Assembly: GCA_973895155.1 (NCBI GenBank)
Contig: OZ316894.1
Coordinates: 13,635,580 to 13,699,579, forward strand
Source of the DNA: Marsupella aquatica
Taxonomy: Eukaryota; Plantae; Marchantiophyta
Length of the DNA: 64,000 nt
Direction: 5' to 3'
Shown here: positions 21,306 to 33,518 of the stretch, one piece after another
Layout: each line of letters begins with the position of its first letter
How positions within the stretch are numbered: position 1 is the first letter of the stretch
Notes under the pieces: generated by a model
What the model saw: the letters and a program-made list of their open reading frames with translations, nothing else
What the model was told of the DNA's origin: nothing
Databases searched by the model: none
Translations under genes and position numbers: made by a program

Positions 21306-22586
21306 TATACTAAGGTGTTCCTAGGGTGCCTTCCTGCTTTACCCACTTAACCGGCCGAGTGATTCCTGTCTAGGCATCACAGAGCCTTACGTTATGATAC
21401 AGGGTCACCTACATAAGGAAGGAGTTAATGGGAAGTTACGACGCTGCTTGGAGTATAAGGAGACGCTTATCGTGATGCGGGCCTTGCATGAAGAAGAAGC
21501 TGGAGGCCATTTCGCGGCGGTCACGACAGCCCGAAAGATTCTGGACTCGGGGTATTGGTGGCCGACGTTGCATCGGGATGTACAGCGCTTCATTAAGGGC
21601 TGTGACCTGTGTCAGCGGGCTGGGGCCCCGAGACGGGCTCATCATCACCCGCTCACATCTATGCTCCCATTGGCACCATTCGAAAAATGGGGAATTGATT
21701 ATATCGGGCCGTTTACTCCCGTTACCCGAAGGCAAAGATGCAGGTACATCCTACTAGCTGTTGATTACTCCACCAAGTGGGTCGAAGCGCGGGCTACGGT
21801 AAAGGACGATGCCGCAACCAGTACCAGATTCTTATACGAACAGATTTTCACCCGATTCGGCCCACCCTTAGAATTGGTAAGCGACCATGGAACCCACTTC
21901 CTCAATGACACCGTAGCCCAGCTTATGAAGCGTTACCTAGTCAAGCACCGCAAGACTACCCCGTATCATCCTAAAGCCAACGGGATGGCGGAGAGAGCAA
22001 ATGGTATCATTGGGAAGATCCTCAACAAAACTGTAGCTGCGCACAAAACGGATTGGGATGATAAGTTGTACGCAGCGGTGTACTCGTATAATCTCGCTTA
22101 CAAAACTACTACGAGTCACAGCCCGTACTTTCTCCTGTTCGGCCAACATTCGTTAGTGCCCGTCGAGTTTGAAGTACACACTCCACGAGTCAGCATTCGG
22201 GATCGCTTACCTGAATCTGAAAGTTTGTCAGACCAAGCTTATCAGATTGAAGCCTTGGAAGAAGCACGGCTACTAGCAGCTCGACACACCGTGAAGAAAC
22301 AGGCAACTTTGAAGAAGCAGCACGACAAAGGACTACGGAGGGTCGACGTCGTGGCAGGCGATCTAGTCCTTCTGTACGATAGTAGGTACATGCAGTTTCC
22401 AGGGAAGCTTCATACCCGGTGGTTAGGGCCCTTCCTTGTCAATCAGATCTACCGTAATGGATCTTTGGAGCTTGCGACGTATGCCGGCGATTTACTCCCC
22501 ACGCGAATCAGCTACGATCGTGTAAAAAAGTACCACCATCAAGATGACGCCGCCGAGAGTGATGTTCACGAGGACGCTTCACAATT

Positions 22587-22599
22587 AAGCGGGGAGCTA
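22587..22599 (+). promoter_or_regulatory. Polypurine tract (AAGCGGGGAGCTA) inside the integrase coding sequence
   Basis: Immediately before the 3' LTR; short and imperfect. Confidence 0.6.
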
Positions 22600-25500
22600 T
22601 GTGACGCCGCCGGTACGGCGGTTAATGAGTAATTTGGTCTAACTGCGCTCGGCACGCGCGTTAGGAGTGTCTTAGACCGCTATTATTAGCATAACAACAG
22701 TATTTAGGTAATCATTATGGGTAGGATATCATTAGGCAATAAGGGGGAATTCAGGTTCGGACTGGCGGCTGGTCGCTATTCGCACAACCGGGTTACGAGC
22801 GTGGAGGAGCCCCTCCCTCGGGTCCGTATAACGAACTTAAGGAAGCAGCCACTGACACGCGCTGACTCAGACCGGCGGAGTGGCCGGCACACCACAAGCG
22901 TGAGCGGTTCAGCCTATGGGCGTCGAGGAGACATCGGGGGATCGACAAGCCCTCAAGGTATAAAAGGGGAGCCAACCCTTTGTAGTGCACCAGTCCATCA
23001 GTCCACGCGCCAGCTTCGACCCCAGCTCTCTCGTTCTCTCTAGGTCGCCACTACGATCTCCTCTGAATGTCGCACACGATCCTCTCCAGCTCGGCCATTC
23101 GATTTTGGACGCAGTTCCTATCTACCGGAAGGCACTTGGCCGACTCATTGAAACACGCCAACCCGCGCCGATACAAAATCGAACACGAGTACGAGAGAGC
23201 CATCCGCCTAGCAGGACGACACCACTACATCCTTAACTTTGACTACCCGTCTCAGAGCGAGCTTTACCGACCTGCAGAGGTATCCAGGTACTTCTTCAAC
23301 GGAGACAAATATATCGGGTTCTGGGAAGCATTGCTTCGGCTTCCGGACAAGGTCTTCAATATCCCAGGTATGATCGACTTGCACCGACATCACTTCGACC
23401 ACATCCCTGCTCAGGTTTGGGCTATCATCAACAGCGAGTCCAGCACTACCCGTTCGACAAGGTCGTCTGCACTCGCTTCGGAGAACTTCTACCAGCACCT
23501 ACAGAGCTTCATAGGAACTCGGCTAGCAACCAACATGACCAACTCAGTCATACCCGTACCCGTACCCATACAACCTCAGGCTTAGCTTCAGCTTCAGCCT
23601 CAGCCGCAGCCTAGCCAAATCCCACCACCGATCGCCCAGCCAGCACAAGTATGCTCCGTCATCAACGCTGTGGATCTTAGCGATGATGACGAGGCTACCC
23701 TACCCTTGACCAGGCGGCCCAGAGGAACAAGCGCTCAGGGGGCCGACACTATATCGTCCCCACCCCCTGCTCTGACCCCAGGAGTGGCCCCAGCAGACAA
23801 CATGGTGACCGTGGCTGACCCGGGCCCGTTACTAACGGCAGTAGCACTACCCAGGCCCGATCGGGAGGATGGGGAGGTGTCACCTTCCCCGAGCCAGTCA
23901 TGGGGGAAGAAGAGGAAGGAATCCGCCACTGCATCTGGGTTACCGTTGGCCATGGTAGCCGTGGCCAAGGTGACGATGCACCACATGGGGGAAAATGTTC
24001 ACAAAAACATCCTCCATCCTAAGCATGCGGTGTACCTGAAGACTCAGGGATTCGAGCACCTCGCCTCCCTCCCCTGGAACACTTGCAGGTACTACGGGGA
24101 GGACATGACGGAGTTCGTCAGGAATTATGACGACGCGCGTCAACATACTCGGCTACGGGGAAGGAGTATGTCCCTCACGGAAGAACGGCTCAGGATGATC
24201 TTTGGGTTACCCGAAGGTGACCATCGAGTCGAATCACGGGCTCCCGGGGGCAAGGGAGCCAAGTACCAATCTTCAAGTTTTCCCTCAGAGGGAGCAGTGG
24301 ACAACGGGTTCGTGATGAAGACCTGCCTCATCCCCGAGATAGCTGAGCGACTGGAGTTCCAGAGGTACGTCCTCCACATGATGGAACCCCGGGGGGAGAT
24401 CTCCGCCCCCCAGGTTATCCAGGTCGAGAACTATCGACCTAGGAGGTGGGCGTCGTACTTTGCTGAGAAATTCCATGAAGAGATGGAGCGGCGAAGGAAG
24501 ACGCTATACATTGGCGGGAAGACGTATTTCGCTAGCCACATCGAGATCATTCTTGAGTGGTACGCCCGGTTTGATCGACGAACCCTTCCCCGTGTCAACG
24601 TTACAAAGCTCGTCCCAGCTAGGTGGGTTTTCCCGGCCTCTTCGTACCGGGTACATTTCTGAACGGGCTTCTGGGAGATTTCTCTCATCAGATTGCCCGG
24701 GATACCGGGGAGTTCATGGCCCGGAAGGTAGCCTGTTTCTTCAATCAGGAGTTGGTTGCCGCAGTAAAGGCAGGACGGGCCCAGTCAGAGGCCCTTCAGA
24801 GGATAGAGCGGTACCGGGTGGAGTCCGTGTACCTAAAGAACGAAGTTGCGGCTCAAGAGGCTGAGCTTCAGCAACTACGACCCAAGGTTGCAGCCGCCGA
24901 TGAGTTGTTAGCAAAGGCACACGCTCTTACCGCCCTAGCCGAACAGGCCAAAGCTGGGAACGAGGCCGAGATTACACGACTCCGGAACCAGATTGACAGT
25001 TTGAAGAATCAAACTGTCACCTGGCAGAAAGACCTGGAGGAGGCCGAGGAACGGGCCCAACGGGACACGGCGGAGATAGCCACGCTGCAGGCCGAGGTGG
25101 CGCGGCTCCAAACCGAGGCCGAGAAGCAGGATCAGCTGGCGGGTAAACTGATAAGTGACGCCCAGCAGTTGGAGGAGGCTTGTCAGGAGGCAGCAGAGGA
25201 GACGGACGCGGCGAGGTGAGAGAACAAATCTCTGCTGGACCAGGTCCAGCTCCTCAAGGCGGACAATGACAGGCTTCAAAGGCAGCGGGATGGCCGCTCC
25301 CATTCAGGCGGCTCTGGCAAGCATGCCAGGCATTAGCGGCGGAGTAGGAATAGATTAGGATTAGGACTAGCTTAGTCAGGTTCTTGGGACAGGCACCTGC
25401 CTTCGGTACAGCATTGCTGCCATGCTGTCCAGCCTGCGTAGATTAGGATCTTCTAATAAGACACAGCCGTTTCTGGCCTGATTGTCAGCTTAGTTAAGAC

Positions 25501-26231
25501 CTTAGTCAGTGAATCTTTGGCGAGAGGACACCCCGTCCCTCGGCCCTTAGTATTTAGTGCACCCCCCGGTAGAGGCAGGGGGGTTTTTAGTTGCAGAGTT
25601 GGGCGTCCGCGGTAGATGCGGGGAGTCCCGACCTCTGGGAATGAAAGAGTACCAAGGGGAGGGGGTAGGACTAAGCTCGTCGGGCGAGTGCGGAGCCGGG
25701 CTCCGTTGTAGTGTGCACCCTCGGCCTTGAACCTGTTCATTCCGGGGCTGTCGGGTCAACTAAGTGTACGCATATGTTCCCTTTGTAGTAAAATCCTTTC
25801 CCATCATTTTCCTTCGTGTAAATCGAGATTGTATGCATGTGCGCGTGTATGTGTGTGGGTTTCTTGTATATGGGTGGCAGCGCCAGGCCGAACGCACTAC
25901 CTGAGACATGCACAGGGTGCAGCCTGCGGGTAAGTGGTTGCGAGCACGGGTTGAGGACCTATATCATCGAATCCGGATCGAAGGCGGATAGCGCGAAGGC
26001 TTAGAAGCCCTTAAGCCGGGGTCGATCCTGCTATCGACTAAGGTACGTTCCGGCGGTGGAACACAAACCATACCTAGGAGGTGTCCGTATTTAGCAGTAT
26101 GCGCACTTAGCGCTAGTTTACAAGAGTAAGGTGCATTACGTGCTTCCCTTCCTGCCCGAACCCTCAGATTTACAAGGGATGTGCCCGTCTAAGCTGAAGT
26201 CTGAGTTAAGGCCGCAGCCAATGACGTGACA
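22600..26231 (+). repeat. 3' LTR of element A (internal ~365-bp deletion at ~24638)
   Basis: Direct repeat of the 5' LTR lacking the equivalent of ~9898-10264. Confidence 0.96.
23067..25336 (+). pseudogene. LTR-encoded protein, A 3' copy (stops at 23583 and 25217, frameshifting deletion)
   Basis: ORFs 23067..23585, 23670..24662 and 24623..25219 align with the 880-aa protein. Confidence 0.9.
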
Positions 26232-28463
26232 GTCCTTGTACCTTCACCGCACCGTTGTGTCCTTCCCAATGCCTCCTCTATAGTTGCTTCTTGTCTGCAA
26301 CTCTACAGCTCCCCGTGTTGCTTTGCCGCACTTAGTTATAATCCAACGCCCGATCGTGACCAATAAGAGTTTTCTCCTGCTGGACAGCACTAGGCATTTG
26401 TCCAATCTCTTGATCACGCGTAAGCAGCTACAGGTATGAATCACTCAGTTGGCAGCTTGATACGCTTACAGCAAGAGGGTGCAATAGGTAGAAGCTCGCA
26501 CTACCTAGACCAGCACAAGGACAAAGCATTAACATTCAAACTGTACCATGGAGCTAGAGAAAACCACAGAGTAATTGAAGCCTAACAATACCCTTCTTAG
26601 CTCCCGACTCCAAACTCTCGGCTCCCAGTTTGCAAGAACAAGCACTATGAAAATATGGATTCCCACACTGACTGTGTCTGCAGAACAGATGCAACCCGCA
26701 TGCAGCTTCACCAGCTCAACGGCAGCTTGACAACTGAAGGACCTCCCAATGAACCTCACGGCCTCCTGATGCTTGTTATGGGTGCAGCAAAAGGGTCTAT
26801 ACCACAACTGTGACCAAGATTGTCACCCAAAACCTTGAAGAAACCCCAACCTCTGACTCCTCAAACTCCGACAAGCTCCTCATGAACGTTGCAGCAGCCA
26901 CAACCTTCTTTGCCCTACCAGCCAAAAACTAAATGTCCCTAAAGGAGATTGAGCAGGAATGCAGGTCTATGAGTAGAGTGCAAGCGCAAGGTTAGATCAC
27001 CGCAACTGCCTGAACACTGCTCCTCGAGAGCATAAACAAGCACATAACGCGCGGGAAGTTCACTCCGCAATGGTCGCAAAAAGTGGGCAACACTGAAAGG
27101 AAAACCCTACGTAAAACCCCGAACACTCCACCCCTCACGTTCTAAGTTCAATGACAATGGCGAAAACTCCAAAGAGACTCCCAAAGTGAAGTTTAGTGCC
27201 TAAAACCAAATTAGGGGAAGCCACTCAGCCTTACCATTTGAGTGAGCCGTTGAGTGTCACCCAAAGTGGGACAAAGCTACAAAGTGTTACTGCATGGCCA
27301 ACTTAGGCAATGAATGGTCATATTTGCACATACATGGTCGGTAGTGACATTTTATTGCACGCCGTAATCAGGATTAAGGTTGCCCAACATTATATCCGGT
27401 CCTAAAATGCAATATTCCCGGTGCAAGAATGTGACCTAACTCTAATGTATGAAAAAGGACCGGTACAAATCTACCTTTGTGCATCTCGACCTTTTATAGA
27501 TGGATTTAGTAATGGCCAAGAATATCTTGACCATCCCTCCATGGTCCAACCTCCATGAACCCCACTTTAAACCCAAAACCTTTTTGGTCACAAATAAGGA
27601 CATTTAATGAGTTATGCCCCTTGCTATCACCCTCTTTATAGAATTTTTTTTTTGTTTGAAATTTTACATTTATTCCGCGTGAACCCCACGGATGGGGGAA
27701 CCAGCAGGCCAAACGGCATCATAAAACCTCAACGCCCAAAGGAGGCAATAACAAAGAGTTACTCAACAAGGGTCATCAGATCAGGCAAAGATTGCGAAGC
27801 CGTTCTTCTAGTGGTCCATGCAACAAGTAACAACTAGGGAATAAACACTAGAAGGCGCGGTAGGTCAGCATAGTGTAAGTGTAAAGTGTCAAAGCATTGT
27901 CTAGTACTGAATTAATCCACCTAATCAGTAAGAAGGGGGTGTATACTGTAATGGGAAAAAGAAAATTAAAAAACCAAGGCATGAGCAAGGGCCACCAAGA
28001 GTGGTGCAGCTATAAGCTATAGGGATTGAACATAGTGCGGGGGGGGCAGTGGCACTATGTATGAGGAAATCACGGGAGTATCGGTGTCAAATGAGTCGAC
28101 AAAACTCCCAGATAGCCACACAATATAAATCAATCTCACAGAAGGCTGCCATCAATGGAGGAAACAATTTGACACGACCCACATCTGAGAGTGTGAATTC
28201 GCTCGATCTCCAGCAGTTCTTTGGCACTCGATAGACGCCGGTGCTTTCGGCTCAAAGATGAAGGAGAATTACCCCTCCTCAACATAGAGTGAACATTACC
28301 CATGATGTGCTAGACTATTCACCCTTCACAAAGTATCAAGGTTACTTCTCATAGTCTTTTAGTGAACCATAAAACTCTCATAGTCTTTTCTAGTCTTCAA
28401 CAAAACCGGTGCAATGGGTGCGAGTCATTTTAAGTATGGAAAAAGGACTTAGTGGGCATAGTC

Positions 28464-29132
28464 CTATAAGGTATGGTCTAAATTGCCCCGGTTTCTACTA
28501 GTGAACCTGTCCAATCTAGACTGGGTGAGGTTCGCATGCCGGAGGCGTCTCCATGTGTATCTTGATCCTATCACTGTGCAGCCCAGGTTATACACATCAA
28601 TAAGATCCAATTGCACTTGTAAAAATTGCCAACATTCTGCCTCCCGTCCCTTCAGTAAGGAGGATCCGCTCGATGAATCCATCCTAGATTCAGTCATGTT
28701 GAAATCACCGCACAAAATCCAGTTCGCTTGTGGCAGTTCTACCTTGAGTTCATGCCATAACAGAGCCCGTTGTCTTGCAGAGTTGGGGGCATACACACTT
28801 ACCACTCCAATCATACGACTAGTATGCTCTATAATCACCCATACCGCTCTCCCAAGCTCAAGTGTACCGGATCTAATCACTTTAAGCAGGGGTTGTATGA
28901 GCAGGGCTGACCCCCCACGTCCCTCATCCGGGGCCGCAGAGAAGTGTTGATACAATGGTAGAATAGTACGTAGGGCAATGTCCAATCTGAACTATTCTGA
29001 CTTCACTTCTTGTAATGCAAATATATCCAGAGGGGGCCTTAATGCCATGGCCCAGTTTTTGATCACATGTTTCCTATTGGGCTCACACAGCCCGCACACA
29101 TTCCAAGAGGCGATTTTCCATGGGCTATCCAT
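28464..29132 (-). pseudogene. LINE ORF2 APE endonuclease, truncated
   Basis: WKIASWNVCGL, ALQEVK, SVYAPN, WILCGDFN, YTW, SRLDRF. Confidence 0.92.
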
Positions 29133-29181
29133 TTAGGCTATCCAACAGAGGTAAGCCCGAGGATCCAGCAACCCCCCTCAC

Positions 29182-30966
29182 CTAGATACAAGGACAAGCC
29201 CCAGGTGAGGCCACCCTGCCAATTCTTTCAGCCGGGGGAGTGACCCCCAGTTCCGGGTTACCCAGGATCCGAGTCCCCACAGGAGAAGAAGCAACCAGTG
29301 GAGTCAAGCTCCTGGCAGACCCACTCGTATGTTCCGTTATCTCCCTAGCCTCCTCAGTGGCAGCAGCAACACCTCCCGGTCCACTTCCCTCTGCAACCAA
29401 CAACGGCTCATGTGAGAAGCTTAAAGAGCGCTGTTTTTTCCCTTCCATCTTATCTTTTTCCAGTTTGCGATTTGGGGGGGTTCTCAACTCTTGTTTCCTT
29501 GCTCTAAGTTTAGTTTGACTTCGTGATATGTATTCTTTGTACTCTGAGAGCTCCATGTCAGTATCCCCATGAAATGAGTAGTCATCAACACCAACAGTCC
29601 CCGGCTGCAGCAAAGTGCCAGGCCTAGATTCACCCAGGCTCCTTCCCCCGTCAACTCCTTCACCATTGTCCCCTGTCCCCCTCTCGTCAAGCCCCAAAGT
29701 GTCCAGCTGCACACCAGCATCCCCAGGGTCCACAGGAAAAGAGGGTCCGACCCCCAGCCTGAAAACCCTAGACGTCCCGCTACCATTTTGATCACCGACA
29801 GTCACAGGTGCAGCCCCAATAATTCCTCCTTGTGTACCACTAGCCTGCAATAGAATATTTTCCACCTGCAATATGTCTGCTTCCACTCCAGTATCAACTG
29901 GGACCATACCAGGCTTAAGCTGAAGACCATCAGTACGTACCTCAGCTACCGTTGAAGGAGGATCCGTAGCCACTTCAGCCACCCGGTAAGGGGCAGCTGC
30001 CGGGTCCAAAGTCTTCTTAGATAATCCCGGAGCTTCATTCTCCACTTCCGTGCTTCCCATGACACAGTCTCTAGCAAGATGACCTTTAAGGTTGCATTTA
30101 AAGCAATGATACGGGATGTTCCTGAATGGAACAGGCTGCCAGATTATGATGTCATCTCTAATTCTAATCCGAGCACTAGCTGGGATCTCCCTTTTAGTGT
30201 CCCATAGAATGCAGGCCCTATCATGTGGGTAGGAGCTGAACTCATCCCCCTGGATGTAATACAGCAGCTGTCCAAAGGATTCCGCAATCTTCCTCCTGCA
30301 TCCTTCAAGTACTAGTGCTCTGTATGGAATCTCAATCTAGACCGGCAATTTAGTGTATGATTCATTCTTGATGTCAACCGAGGGATCCCACACAAAGGTA
30401 TAGACAAACCTGCATTCCATGAACCACGGTGCATACTCCAACGCTGCATCCCGATGATCAGGCTGTGCAAACACTACCAAGTAGAAATTCTTTCCTACAT
30501 ACTTAACTTGCAAAATCTGCCAGTTCATCTCTTGCACCATCGTTTCCTCAACCCACTCTCGGAAAACCGGGAGCAAAGGAGTTCTGTCAGTGAAAAAGCA
30601 TAGAATAGCACAGTTGTACAATTTCCTAGCATTACTAGCTGCTTCATCCAGGCTCCATTCAACCGTGGTATATAACTTCTCGTGCCAATCATCTTTGGAA
30701 TGCTCCCCAATTTCTTTAAGGATCCAAATGCACTCCTCTGATGTTTCCTTAGGTTCTTCCTCCTCAAGCATCTCCGCATCTATGTTTACCCTCCCAGTAC
30801 CAGACGCTCCCTGTCGTTGCCTCTCTTCATGAAATCCATCCGCTGTTCCGATCTGCCTCCCAGAATTTTCACTCAAGCTCTTGCCAGCTCCAGAATCCAT
30901 TAGTCTTGAATTTGGAGCAGTTTGCTGCTGCGAATTTTGCTCCGCTTCCCATTGCCGTTGAGCCAA
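29182..30966 (-). pseudogene. LINE ORF1 (DUF4283-like plus CCHC), internal stop at 30337
   Basis: VKYVGKNFYLVVF…APWF…W; LPV*IEIP; CFKCNLKGHLARDC at ~30065-30110. Confidence 0.85.
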
Positions 30967-31824
30967 GGGAAAGGTTTCAGGTCAAGATTCAATAATACCA
31001 TTGCCATCCGCAGTGTATCAAGTGCGTGCATCCTGGGGAGAATACTGCTATCTATTGGCATCAAAGCTCACTCCACCCCTCATTGACGAGTGGCCGCCCC
31101 TACCACCAGCATGACCTCCCTGCCAATCCGCCCCCGCAGAACCAAAACGCGAGCCCCGTGCACCAGAAATTCTGCCACGATCATTTGTATAATGCTACCC
31201 TCCTTCTCTAGGTCCATAGTAGTCCATTTCTCAACACGATTACTCCTAAGCCTAACGGAATTCACACTTGATCAGTCCCGATCCTTACCTGAGTATTGGT
31301 TGTTTGATTCTTCCCGAACCACGCATGTAATAGAGAGGGCTTACTTGATCAAACCCCAGGCACCATCCGTGGCAGCACTCAGTAGCAGCGCACTCCCAGA
31401 CCCATGACTTACTTACTCAGAGTTGTGTCACTCAATAGCAGCGTACTCCCAAATCCACGCCTTACTTACGCAGAGTACCCCTCAAGAACCAATTCCGTCG
31501 CTCTGTCCCAGCCCTTATGTAATGCATCACCACAATCCGGGAGGAGCACTATGTACTCCTCAAGGATCCTAGTGAGGTACCCCACAGCGCAAGCCACCAA
31601 GATAGTACCAACGTTTTTACTGAATTGCTCCTAGTAGTGCCCGATCTCCACTGTCTTCGCACATAAGAGAGAAAGAGGCGCAAATGTGATCACCTCCCAC
31701 ACTACCCCCATGCTTCCGTTTGTTGTTTCACCTCTCCGTTTTCTCAACCCTAAGCCTTTGTTCAGTCACCTCCGCACGATGCTGTCATCCAGGTGAGGCC
31801 AACCGGATTTTCCCGCAAGCAGCA

Positions 31825-32720
31825 CTAATCCAAACTACGTAATGTGCTCCTTCCATGTGGATCCATCAGCAACAATCTTGTCTTGTACATCATATTTGCA
31901 CCATAACCTAACTTAAGCAACTGCGCAAACCTCTCGATCAGGATCTCCCTTTCCTCCCAACCATATCGCTGCTCGTAACTTCGGTATAGAACAGAAACCA
32001 GCCTATCGACTTCCCCTTTCAACTCATCTACCTCCTCCACATGACCATTATCATTCCTTAGCGAAAACCCCCAAGAACCTCGTGAGGGGAGCAAAAAGCC
32101 AGTGCCGCTTTTGCGCCAGTTTCAGTTCTCGATCAGTTCCATTAGTATGGCATTCCATTATGACTTGATAGACTTGTCAAGTATAACAACCCTCACACCT
32201 CTGAACATGGTACGGTCTGGGATGGGTCCTGTCTCATATGGGATCATGTTGTTGTATACTTTTGTGATCTGGTCAATAGACGGAACCCTACTCCCACCTC
32301 TCCCTGCAATTCTATGAGCCTTGTGCCAATCTCGATTGTCTTTCATCATTTGGACGCTATTGTACTTGCTCTCAAACAAATTGTAATCATCAGGATCTTG
32401 GACACTCCCTTTTCTAAGGGAGTCAGACATCCATTCTACTGAAAGTATTTTGACATGCCTCAAGAAGACTTTGTCATAGAAACCAACCAAGATGCCATTT
32501 TCAGACAATGTTCCCATGTTTCTGCAATAATATGGGTGACTTGAGTGTCCTGTAGTTGAGATTGTGTCTCTGTACCGTGACGCTCAATGAGTTTTCTCCT
32601 AAGGATATCCAATCTTGCACTCTGAATACCTGGGACAAAAAAGACTCTGACCCCTTGGAAGACACTGGGAAGGTGGAAGGGGGACAGGTTCACGCTTCCG
32701 TTTGGAAGGCATGATGCCTC
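31825..32720 (-). pseudogene. BRCT-domain gene (DNA polymerase lambda-like BRCT), frameshifted
   Basis: FQGVRVFFV…RLDILRRKL…G…VTHIIA then ILSVEWMSDSLRKG…DDY; a second BRCT-like start MFRGVRVVIL. Confidence 0.7.
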
Positions 32721-33109
32721 TTGTAATAGAAGCCAATAGAGAAATACCAGTGCCCGCGTTGCCTGTCCCTCAATGCTTCAGCCCAATGCTCTCTGATGAC
32801 ACAAAGTGCACTCTAGCTCCCTGATTGTGGCCCACATGACAGGATCAAAAGTCAATACATGCAGTAAATCCCAACACGGGGTTATAGGAGGATTTACATC
32901 GTGCCAGGAAACAAGAGTTTTTTTTACTGTTACGAGCAAAAACTTTCCTCATATCAAGAAAATGTAACTGTTATGAGCAAAGTTTTTACTCACATCAGGA
33001 AATACCTGCTTCAAATTTACTTCCTATTCACAGTCACCAGCAAAACAAATAAAAAATCCTTCCCAAAACTCCATTCAATTTTATGTTTCCAGTGACTCAT
33101 AGTACTATC

Positions 33110-33440
33110 ACGGCGTTCAAAACCCAACTTTAATCAAAACGAGGCATTGTCCTAACCTCAAAAGTACACGATCTAAATCGACTGTCAATAATACTAGCAC
33201 CAGGCGCTATCATTGATGACACTCTACTTTAAGAAACTAAAAACGTATAATGTACTGATTCCCAAAAACCCTCTTGGTAGGGTATAACGACCATGATTGG
33301 AAAACCAACTCTAATAAAAACAAGGCAATACAATTAGACAATTAATGAATCAATATGTCAATAATACTAGCGCCAGGCGCTACCTATGATGACACTCTAC
33401 ATTAAAAATATGTAACATACTCATTCTAAAAAATGTCTAT
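33110..33440. repeat. ~173-bp tandem duplication, each unit with one TAGCGCCAGGCGCTA-type palindrome (33195, 33368)
   Basis: Shared GTCAATAATACTAGCRCCAGGCGCTA…TGATGACACTCTAC. Confidence 0.85.
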
Positions 33441-33518
33441 CTGATAATGCCGTTGGATAACGACAAATAAAAGAAAGCATGGTTGAACGTAAACCACACA
33501 ATAGCCAACGGTTTCCAC

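Larger units (their letters stand above)
16686..21381 (-). mobile_element. Solo LTR C (4696 bp) inserted between RNase H and integrase of A
   Basis: TGTGGTGCG…GGCATCACA ends; TSD GAGCC at 16681-16685 and 21382-21386; absent from element B; no gag-pol inside. Confidence 0.92.
11979..22632 (+). pseudogene. gag-pol: gag-pol of element A (premature stops, frameshift, interrupted by solo LTR C)
   Basis: Gag core, CCHC knuckles, protease LVDGGA, RT LDGYSGYNQI/FIDD, RNase H VYVDVS…TDHDSL, integrase HHCC plus WGIDYIGP…VSDHG…GMAERAN. Stops at 12255 and 15424. Confidence 0.96.
6346..26231 (+). mobile_element. Ty3/gypsy LTR retrotransposon A (non-chromoviral, Athila/Phygy/Selgy-like), full length, defective, two nested insertions
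   Basis: TGTGACG…CGTGACA ends; TSD GTCCT at 6341-6345 and 26232-26236; two LTRs; PBS; gag-PR-RT-RH-INT order; no chromodomain and no extra RNase H seen. Confidence 0.97.
1..27346 (-). mobile_element. CACTA/EnSpm-like DNA transposon, partial (left end outside window), interrupted by LTR element A
   Basis: Candidate terminus ...GGTCGGTAGTG at 27346 (CACTACCGACC on minus). Minus-strand DUF4216-like and Ptta/TNP1-like coding blocks at 1-2400. Flanks of element A (6345/26232) are rejoined by its TSD. The partner terminus is not visible. Confidence 0.6.
27643..31820 (-). mobile_element. L1/Tx1-type LINE, internally deleted (RT missing)
   Basis: ORF1 with DUF4283-like region and zinc knuckle; ORF2 endonuclease; T-run at 27643-27653 as a possible poly(A). 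Boundaries are approximate and no TSD was found. Confidence 0.8.

Noticed and set aside
16686-21381. Antisense extra ORF native to element A (Retand-like)
   Set aside because: It has its own TG…CA ends and TSD, splits pol, and is absent from B, so it is a later insertion.
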